Shown here in pieces: positions 57,145 to 64,000 of a stretch of DNA of 64,000 bases; within the stretch, counting starts at the first letter, position 1, and each line of letters begins with the position of its first letter. Made by a program: the position numbers and the translations under genes. The notes beneath the pieces are model-generated. The model was not told where the DNA came from and made no database searches. It saw only the letters and a list, made by a program, of their open reading frames with translations. This DNA is from a candidate division FCPU426 bacterium (GTDB lineage Bacteria; Oederibacteriota; Muellerivitia; Muellerivitales; Muellerivitaceae), in contig CAVRAL010000004.1 in assembly GCA_963719085.1 (NCBI GenBank), forward strand, positions 192,001 to 256,000. The letters are read 5' to 3'.

Positions 57145-59862
57145 ATGCCGCCCGTTAAACCCCTCGGTGACCCGTCCCAAGATTTTTTACGCACCCAGTC
57201 TGATCCCCTACAGGCTTTCTTCCGCCCCAAAAGTGTGGCCGTGGTGGGCGCCACGGAAAAAGAAGGCACGGTGGGCCGCACTCTCTTTAAAAATCTTTTG
57301 GCGACGCCTTTCGGCGGGACCGTCTTCCCCGTGAACCCCAATCGGTCCAGCGTCTTGGGCGTGAAGGCCTACCCGAAACTTTCGGCCATTCCGGACCCGC
57401 TGGACCTCGCGATTTTAGTGACACCCGCTTCCACCGTGCCGGATCTGGTGAGTGAATGCGTGGCGCTGGGCGTGAAGGCCGCCATCATTATTTCAGCGGG
57501 TTTTAAGGAAGTCGGCCCGGTGGGAGCCGAACTGGAACGGCAGGTGCTGGAAAGGGCCAAGTCCGGCAACCTTCGCATCATCGGCCCCAACTGCTTGGGG
57601 ATTATGAATCCTTTGGCGGGCATCAACGCCACTTTCGCCAACGCCATGGCCAAACCCGGTAACGTGGCCTTCATCAGCCAAAGCGGCGCCTTGTTGACGG
57701 CGGTCTTGGATTGGAGCTTTCAGGAAAATGTGGGCTTTAGTTCCATCGTATCGCTGGGCTCCATGCTGGATATTGGCTGGGGTGACATGATCGACTACTT
57801 GGGCAACGACCCCCACACCCAAAGCATTGTGATCTATATGGAGACCATCGGGGACGCCCGCGCCTTTTTATCGGCGGCCCGCGAAGTGGCTTTGACAAAA
57901 CCTATTTTGGTCATCAAGGCCGGCCGCACGGAGGCCGCCGCCAAAGCGGCGGCTTCCCATACGGGATCGCTGGCCGGAAGCCAGGAAGTGCTGGAAGCGG
58001 CCTTTCGCCGTTGCGGCGTTTTATCCGTGGACCACATCTCCCATCTCTTTTACATGGCGGATATTTTGTCCAAACAGCCACGGCCCAAGGGACCACGGCT
58101 TTGCCTGGTGACCAATGCGGGAGGGCCCGGTGTTTTAGCCACCGACGCTTTAATCGGCGGCGGAGGTAAATTATCCGACCTCTCAGCCCAAACAAAAGAC
58201 GCGCTGTCGGCCTTTTTGCCCGCCGCCTGGAGCCATGGAAACCCGGTGGACGTTTTGGGCGACGCGGACCCGGAACGATTCGCCAAGGCCTTGGAAGACG
58301 TGACGAAGGACTCGGAAAACGATGGCGTCATGGTCATCCTGACGCCTCAAGCCATGACCGACCCCACCGAAACCGCCCGCCGCGTCGCGCCATTCGCCAA
58401 GCTCAAGGACCGCCCTATCCTGGCCAGTTGGATGGGCGGAGCCGCCATGGAAGAAGGCCGGTCCATCCTCAACCAAGCCGGACTTCCTTGTTTTCCTTTT
58501 CCCGACACAGCCGCGCGGCTTTTTAATTACATGTGGCGCTACAGTTCGAACCTGAAGTCCTTGTATGAAACACCCAGCCTGCCCGAGGGGGCCGCACCCC
58601 CCGACCGGCAAAAGGCCGCGGAGCTCCTCAACCAGGCCCGCCAAGCGGGGCGGGATCTTTTAAGCGAGTACGAATCCAAGTCATTGCTCGCGGCCTATGG
58701 TATCCCCACGGTGGAAACCCGCCTGGCCCAAAGCGCCGACGAGGCCGCTCAAATGGCCGAGTCCCTGGGTTATCCGGTGGTTTTGAAACTTCATTCCTTC
58801 ACGGTAACCCATAAGACTGACGTGGGCGGGGTCAAACTGAACCTCACCCAAGCCCAGGATGTGCGAAAAGCTTTTTCGGAGATTCAAGAATCCGTCACCC
58901 GCCTCAAGGGCGAAGGCCATTTCCAGGGCGTGACCGTGCAGAAACAAGTGAAGTGGGAAGGTTACGAACTGATCCTGGGAAGTTCGCTGGATCCGCAAGT
59001 CGGCCCGGTTCTGCTGTTTGGCTCCGGCGGCCAACTCGTGGAGATTTATAAAGACCACGCCTTGGGCCTTCCGCCCTTGAACACCACTCTGGCCCGGCGG
59101 TTAATGGAGCGGACCAAAATTTATGAGGCGCTGAAGGGCGTCCGGGGACGGGCCCCGGTGGACCTTTCGGCATTGGAACAGCTGTTGGTTCGATTCAGCT
59201 GGCTCATCGCCGAACAGCCTTTCGTGAAGGAAATGGACATCAATCCCCTCTTAGCCTCGCCCGAGGGCCTGGTAGCGCTGGACGCCCGCGTGGTCCTGCA
59301 TCCGAAGGAGACACCGGACGCCGAATTATCCCATACCGCCATCCGCCCCTACCCGTCCCAATACATCACGCCGCTCATTCTTAAGGACGGAACCCAGGCA
59401 ACGCTTCGCCCCATCCGGCCCGAGGACGAGCCGGCCATGGTGAGTTTTCACGAGACCCTCTCGGCCCAAAGCGTGTACCTGCGTTACTTTCAGGAAATGA
59501 AGTTGGACACCCGGACCACCCACGAGCGGCTGATCCGCACCTGCTTCGTGGACTATGGCCGGGAGATGGTGTTGGTGGCCCTCAAGGACGATAAAATTTT
59601 GGGCGTCACCCGCTTCAGCCGGGTCAGGAAAAGGGACGAAGCCGAGTTCTCGATGATCCTCAGCGACTCGTTTCAAAACCAGGGGCTGGGCGGCCAGATG
59701 CTCAAAGGGCTTTTAGCTGTCGGGAAAGCGGAAAAGCTTAAACGCGTGACCGGCTATATCCTGCCCGAGAACTCGCGTATGCAGGCCCTCTGCGCCAAGC
59801 TGGGCTTTACCTTGGAGCGCCGGGAAGCCGAAGGCCTGGTCATCGCCACCGTCAATCTTTAG
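57145..59862 (+). CDS. Acetate-CoA ligase (NDP-forming)-like/GNAT fusion (Pat/YfiQ-type protein acetyltransferase)
   Basis: [43 protein letters not shown] and a C-terminal GNAT. Confidence 0.93.
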   Translation: MPPVKPLGDPSQDFLRTQSDPLQAFFRPKSVAVVGATEKEGTVGRTLFKNLLATPFGGTVFPVNPNRSSVLGVKAYPKLSAIPDPLDLAILVTPASTVPDLVSECVALGVKAAIIISAGFKEVGPVGAELERQVLERAKSGNLRIIGPNCLGIMNPLAGINATFANAMAKPGNVAFISQSGALLTAVLDWSFQENVGFSSIVSLGSMLDIGWGDMIDYLGNDPHTQSIVIYMETIGDARAFLSAAREVALTKPILVIKAGRTEAAAKAAASHTGSLAGSQEVLEAAFRRCGVLSVDHISHLFYMADILSKQPRPKGPRLCLVTNAGGPGVLATDALIGGGGKLSDLSAQTKDALSAFLPAAWSHGNPVDVLGDADPERFAKALEDVTKDSENDGVMVILTPQAMTDPTETARRVAPFAKLKDRPILASWMGGAAMEEGRSILNQAGLPCFPFPDTAARLFNYMWRYSSNLKSLYETPSLPEGAAPPDRQKAAELLNQARQAGRDLLSEYESKSLLAAYGIPTVETRLAQSADEAAQMAESLGYPVVLKLHSFTVTHKTDVGGVKLNLTQAQDVRKAFSEIQESVTRLKGEGHFQGVTVQKQVKWEGYELILGSSLDPQVGPVLLFGSGGQLVEIYKDHALGLPPLNTTLARRLMERTKIYEALKGVRGRAPVDLSALEQLLVRFSWLIAEQPFVKEMDINPLLASPEGLVALDARVVLHPKETPDAELSHTAIRPYPSQYITPLILKDGTQATLRPIRPEDEPAMVSFHETLSAQSVYLRYFQEMKLDTRTTHERLIRTCFVDYGREMVLVALKDDKILGVTRFSRVRKRDEAEFSMILSDSFQNQGLGGQMLKGLLAVGKAEKLKRVTGYILPENSRMQALCAKLGFTLERREAEGLVIATVNL

Positions 59863-59894
59863 CCGAAAATAAACAAGTCCGGGGACGGGCTTGT

Positions 59895-60317
59895 TTATTT
59901 CTTTCCCGAGAAATGGTCTTCCATCTTCCCTAGAAACTGGTTCCAGCCGTTGGTATGCGATCGCCCGTCTTTATCGTTGGGAAGACCGGTGTGGCGCAGG
60001 GTCATCAGGGTTCCGGCTGTGTGCTTTTTGAAATGAACGGTCACGGTGGTTTCCAGCCCGTGGGTATAGGGCGACATCCAAGTGAATTGGACCCGCTTGC
60101 CCTTGGCCAGCTTCAAGACGCGGCCAAAGATATAGCCGACGCCTCCCACCACCACACAGTAGAGACTGCCCGCCCTTTTTTCAAAACCCAGCGTCTTTCC
60201 CACACTCCAGGGATTGCGGGATTTCTTGGGATTCAGCCAGGCCTCAAAGACCTTGGCGGGAGGACCGGCGATCACGCGCTTGAGGTTCAGGGTCAAGGTT
60301 TTGGGGGATTTGGCCAT
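59895..60317 (-). CDS. SRPBCC/AHSA1 domain protein
   Basis: VFEAWLNP, FTW, TLRHTGLP and H..GW. Confidence 0.88.
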   Translation of the reverse strand: MAKSPKTLTLNLKRVIAGPPAKVFEAWLNPKKSRNPWSVGKTLGFEKRAGSLYCVVVGGVGYIFGRVLKLAKGKRVQFTWMSPYTHGLETTVTVHFKKHTAGTLMTLRHTGLPNDKDGRSHTNGWNQFLGKMEDHFSGKK

Positions 60318-60330
60318 GGCTTGCGCCTCC

Positions 60331-60714
60331 TTACGAAATTACGAAAAATGTATCCAATTCCTCTTTGATTTTCTCGTTCCCATCCAGTGAATAGAGACAA
60401 GACCTGGCCAAGGTGACCATCGCGCCGTCAGGACCCAGGCCTATTTTCAAAGTTATAAGGACCAGGGCGCATCGTTCATCCCCAATGGTCGAGAGTATTT
60501 GAACGCTTCCGGGCTCGACAAGCCGCGCGGCTTTTATCTTGGGCTCCATATAATTGTCGATGCCGGTTAATTCAACCACTCTAAAATCAGGCTGGGTTGT
60601 CCCCACGGAAGCGCGTATGTTTGGCGCCAACATTTCTTTTGTCTTATCCCAATCCTGATGACTCCAGGCGTCGATATGCGCGAGCGCTATTTTAACGGCC
60701 GGCGAGTCTGGCAT
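60331..60714 (-). CDS. SnoaL-like/NTF2 family protein
   Basis: IDAWSHQDWD...MLAP and KIKEE.D.F. Confidence 0.75.
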   Translation of the reverse strand: MPDSPAVKIALAHIDAWSHQDWDKTKEMLAPNIRASVGTTQPDFRVVELTGIDNYMEPKIKAARLVEPGSVQILSTIGDERCALVLITLKIGLGPDGAMVTLARSCLYSLDGNEKIKEELDTFFVIS

Positions 60715-60787
60715 TTTTATCTCCCAAGATTCGGATGCAGATCCGGCCTTGCGACGGCCAAGACCCACGCTTTCATAACGGTTTATT

Positions 60788-61255
60788 TCAGCTTTTCGTC
60801 ACGGGCGGATGAGCGTCTTCCCACCGGTATTCTTTACGCGAGCCATTTCCAAATTGCTCGCCGAAAATTCCCAAAAAGTAATTCCACCCCTTCTCATGCC
60901 CCTTGGCCGGCTCGCAATCCGGCAGGTCCGAGTGCACGAGGGTCATCAAGGTTTCGTCCCCTTGCTTCTTAAAAGTCACCGTCACCTTTGATTCTTGCCC
61001 CAAGGTATTGGGCGAAACCCAAGTGTGCTGAATAAGCCCCGGCCGCTCCACCCGGGTAAAGCGCCCGTAATGGGCCGTGCCCTTGAGTGTCCAGTAAAAG
61101 AGCCCGCCCACTTTTGCGTCCAAGGTAAACTTTTCAGCCACGTTCCAGGGATTACCCGGAACTTTAGGATTCAGCCATCCGTCGAACACCTCGTCCACGG
61201 GGGCCGGGATAGTCCGTTCGATCTTGAATCCAAGAGTTTTCGTGGAATCTTTCAT
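60788..61255 (-). CDS. SRPBCC/AHSA1 domain protein
   Basis: ERTIPAP..EVFDGWLNP and HEKGWNYFL. Confidence 0.9.
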   Translation of the reverse strand: MKDSTKTLGFKIERTIPAPVDEVFDGWLNPKVPGNPWNVAEKFTLDAKVGGLFYWTLKGTAHYGRFTRVERPGLIQHTWVSPNTLGQESKVTVTFKKQGDETLMTLVHSDLPDCEPAKGHEKGWNYFLGIFGEQFGNGSRKEYRWEDAHPPVTKS

Positions 61256-61288
61256 CGCTTTTGCTCCTTTACTTTGGCCGGCCCGCGC

Positions 61289-61741
61289 CTAGCGCCATCC
61301 CTTGGGTTTTTTCACGCCCTTCGGTGACCCGCCTGAAAAGGTTTTGACCAATTTATCCAGGAAATAATTCCACCCGTCTTTATGGGCCTTCGATAATTCA
61401 TTTTGAGGAAGGCCTGAATGCACCAGCGTCATCAAGGTTTCATCGTCTTTTTCCTTAAAGGTCACCGTGACCATCGATTCTTCACCGGAGGTGTAGCGGG
61501 ACATCCAAGTGTTCTGGATTCGGCTCGGCCGCTCGATTTTCGTGAATCGTCCGTAGTGCGTAGTGCCGTCGATGAGCCAGTAAAAAAATCCACCCAATTT
61601 GGGCTGGAGGATCAACTTATCATTCTCGTTCCAAGGCGTGCCCGGGGTTTTGGGATTAAGCCACCCATCAAACACTTCCCTTGGTGGGGCCGGGATCATC
61701 CGCTCAAATTTCAACTCCATCGTCTTCTTGGACTTTTTCAT
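61289..61741 (-). CDS. SRPBCC/AHSA1 domain protein
   Basis: ERMIPAP.REVFDGWLNP and HKDGWNYFL. ATGA overlap with the ArsR gene. Confidence 0.9.
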   Translation of the reverse strand: MKKSKKTMELKFERMIPAPPREVFDGWLNPKTPGTPWNENDKLILQPKLGGFFYWLIDGTTHYGRFTKIERPSRIQNTWMSRYTSGEESMVTVTFKEKDDETLMTLVHSGLPQNELSKAHKDGWNYFLDKLVKTFSGGSPKGVKKPKGWR

Positions 61742-62073
61742 TTTTTCTTCTCCCTTTTCGCTTTTTTGTCCCTGAAATGCTCCTGGAACTTGTCGAGGTT
61801 TTGGTTCCAAAACCGTTCGTACTCGTGCGTCCACTCCGCCACCTTTTGGAGCGGTTCGGCCCGAAAGGAGATATAAACCTCCCGACCCCGCTTTTCCCGC
61901 TCAATAAGCCCGGCCCTTTCGAGCAGTTTCAGGTGTTTGGTCACCGAATTCAGCGCCGTATCAAAAGGCTCCGCCACCTCCAAAAACCGGGCCGGTCCCT
62001 TCGAGAGCCGCTCAATGATCGCCCGCCGAGTCGGGTGAGAGACCGCCGCCAGCACATCCGTCAGTTGATTCAT
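61738..62073 (-). CDS. ArsR/SmtB family transcriptional regulator
   Basis: HPTRRAII..L, VTKHLKLLERAGLI.R..RGR and FW...LD. Confidence 0.93.
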   Translation of the reverse strand: MNQLTDVLAAVSHPTRRAIIERLSKGPARFLEVAEPFDTALNSVTKHLKLLERAGLIEREKRGREVYISFRAEPLQKVAEWTHEYERFWNQNLDKFQEHFRDKKAKREKKK

Positions 62074-62079
62074 ATATTC

Positions 62080-62108
62080 ATTACACCATAAGGTGTAATA
62101 TTAGGCAA
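62080..62108 (-). promoter_or_regulatory. ArsR operator palindrome overlapping a sigma70 promoter
   Basis: ATTACACC-ATAA-GGTGTAAT (62080-62099). Minus strand TTGCCT-17 nt-TGTAAT-6 nt-ATG. Confidence 0.78.
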
Positions 62109-62249
62109 GACGTTTTTAAAATTTATCCTTCTTTAATTTTACCGATTTTTGAACTGGATCAGAGTGGCCGGCCACAAGGGAACCCTGTGGCGCATCGAGA
62201 CTTCGTCTCGATACTACCGTTTTGAAATTAAATTTTTTAAGGAGAAAAA

Positions 62250-62294
62250 TGGTGGGGCATCCTGGATTTGAACCAGGGACCAAGGCATTATGAG
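62250..62294 (-). tRNA. 3' fragment of a CAT-anticodon tRNA (Ile2/Met-type), probable att junction; not an intact gene
   Basis: CTCATAA TGCCT TGGTC CCTGG TTCAAAT CCAGG ATGCCCC A CCA. No 5' acceptor strand or D-arm upstream. Confidence 0.88.
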
Positions 62295-62361
62295 GACCTA
62301 GCTCATGAAATAAAAAAGGCCCGTGTCATACGTAAAACCCTTTCACCGAAAGGAGTTTACC

Positions 62362-63552
62362 TTAAGCAGTGACCTGCTCGTTCTTCTTTTTAGCGGCACC
62401 TGTCATATTCCTGTCATTGAAATCAGTCGCCTTGCGCAAAGCCGCGCGGCGGTCTTCCCTATCCACACGGTCATACTTCCGAAACACCGCATGGGTCTTA
62501 TGGCCTGAAATCGACATAATGACCGAGTCGCTCACTCCCGCTTTTCTCAAGTTCGTAATCGCGCAATGCCTGAGATCGTGAAACTTAAAATTCTCAATCC
62601 CAGCGTTGCGGCACGCCCTTCTAAAAGCGGTCTTCACACTTTCCATACTTTGACCGCGCCAAGTGAAAACACAGGGATTGACCAGCCGTTTTTCCCTATC
62701 CGTTAAATCAGAATACGGCTTGCCCAGTTCCCCATTTGGATATTTTTCAATATCAAAACAGGGTAGCGTCTGGGGAATCTGCTTCAGGAGTTCCTGCATC
62801 TCCTCCATCAGCGGTATTTCCCGTCGTTCCTGCGTCTTGGTGTCCTCCGCTTCGAGGACAATCACCCCATTCTTGAAGTCCACCTGATCCCAACGCAACT
62901 TCAAGATTTCACCACACCGCATGGCCGTCAAATAAGCCAGCCTTACAATGGGCTTCAAATGCCCCGAACAGTTTTCCAAGAGCTTTTGATACTCTTCCGG
63001 GTCCAACGTCCGGTTCCTAAAAAAGGGTTTGAATTTCTTCACCCCCTGAATTGGGTCCCATTCGATCATCCGGTTCAAAACCGCCCGATGCATCAGGGCT
63101 TTCAAAATGGCGATATCTAGGTTCAGCGTGGCGTCTGAAACCACTTTATCAGGCCGGTTTCGGTGTCCCTTTTCCCTTCGGCGGACCAAATAAGCTTCCA
63201 CCAAATCCGAACTAAAACTGTCCAAGGGACGATCACCAAAAAACTCCTTGAACCATTTCATCCGGTAGGTATCCCGAAGGTAGCTTTTCTTTCTGGCCTT
63301 TGAATAAGCCAAATAGGAATCCACCGCCGCGAAAAAACCAACCTTCGGTTTATCCGGAGCCAAATACTTCTGCTCCGCCATATCCCCCATGTTCTGGGCC
63401 AAAATCTTCTTGGCTTGCGACAAAGGAATCTGTCCCAACCGAACCCTTTTTCTTTTCTTCAGTCCCTTTTCCTGGACGAAATAATCCAGAAAATAACCCG
63501 CCTCATCCTTTCTCAGATGTTGCGGCAATCCATGAACATTAGGCTTAGCCAT
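62362..63552 (-). CDS. Tyrosine recombinase/phage integrase
   Basis: TAMRCGEIL.LRW, TKT, FHDLRH, ISGHKT and RKYD (catalytic R-K-H-R-H-Y). ATG at 63552. Confidence 0.96.
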   Translation of the reverse strand: MAKPNVHGLPQHLRKDEAGYFLDYFVQEKGLKKRKRVRLGQIPLSQAKKILAQNMGDMAEQKYLAPDKPKVGFFAAVDSYLAYSKARKKSYLRDTYRMKWFKEFFGDRPLDSFSSDLVEAYLVRRREKGHRNRPDKVVSDATLNLDIAILKALMHRAVLNRMIEWDPIQGVKKFKPFFRNRTLDPEEYQKLLENCSGHLKPIVRLAYLTAMRCGEILKLRWDQVDFKNGVIVLEAEDTKTQERREIPLMEEMQELLKQIPQTLPCFDIEKYPNGELGKPYSDLTDREKRLVNPCVFTWRGQSMESVKTAFRRACRNAGIENFKFHDLRHCAITNLRKAGVSDSVIMSISGHKTHAVFRKYDRVDREDRRAALRKATDFNDRNMTGAAKKKNEQVTA

Positions 63553-64000
63553 ACTTCCCCCTAATGTCCCCAGCGAAAACATTCTAGCAGGGGAACATTG
63601 CTTTTGCGAAAGCTATCAAAATTCCGATTTCTACAACACGGGTGTTAATCACCGTGTTAAAAATCAAACAAACTCCCTGGAGTGATTAAAACTACTCGGG
63701 CAAGCCATAAACAAAAACAGCAATTTTTGCGGTATTGTCGGACGAGGGAGAGAAGAAAAAAACGTGCTTATCTACCCGTATTATTTGAAATAGATTTTGA
63801 CGATGGATTGGTGAATTTAACTTGTTGCGGTAGGTAAGACTGCGGAACAGATTGCCAGCACACTCTTTCGTATTTATGCATCCGGTCTGATAGATCAGAG
63901 TGCGCTGGCTCTTAATTTAAAAAGTAATCAAAATATAAAACACAAATCGTTCTAATTAATCAAAATTTGATGAGTCACGTTCCTCTTCAAAGACCCAAAG

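Larger units (their letters stand above)
62250..64000. mobile_element. End of an integrative element (prophage/ICE/island) extending past the window
   Basis: tRNA 3' fragment next to a tyrosine integrase, with visibly more AT-rich sequence to the right. Confidence 0.8.

Noticed and set aside
62250..62330. Intact tRNA-Met/Ile2 gene
   Set aside because: No 5' strand complementary to ATGCCCC, no D-arm, and a mismatched anticodon stem. Only the 3' part is present.

Overview
Bacterial chromosomal window from a moderately GC-rich diderm. It has LPS/Kdo genes, a complete PTS with HprK, and a T9SS-type cargo/PorV pair with Thr-Pro linkers. An uncultured lineage such as candidate FCPU426 is a guess and cannot be established here. 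Positions ~3.2-26.1 kb form one minus-strand gene run: zinc-ribbon, kdsD, kdsC, lipid A acyltransferase, lptCAB, CDP-alcohol phosphotransferase, ino1, S1/P1 nuclease, amidohydrolase, rpoN, hpf, ptsN, hprK, yvcK, a mannose-family PTS with a GH57 gene between EIIB and EIIC, ptsH, ptsI and PGI/PMI. The best candidate for an undescribed system is at 34.7-39.3 kb. There a 17/19 Fur box precedes a small hemP gene missing from the ORF track, two DUF6662-like beta-barrel genes each preceded by a CCAGCC-hairpin-GCCAGCC motif, a c-type cytochrome lipoprotein, an FMN-binding protein, ApbE and a four-His membrane cytochrome b, with no TonB-dependent receptor. Intergenic DNA holds six copies of a CGCCAAGACG-type inverted-repeat element. 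Some copies contain or adjoin 33-34 nt palindromic modules with a nearly fixed 22-nt variable core. Other points: fabF with a +1 frameshift, two probable non-canonical start codons, a probably leaderless ArsR-SRPBCC operon, and the end of an integrative element (tyrosine integrase next to a 3' tRNA-CAT fragment) that runs off the window. Family names come from motif recognition, not database searches.
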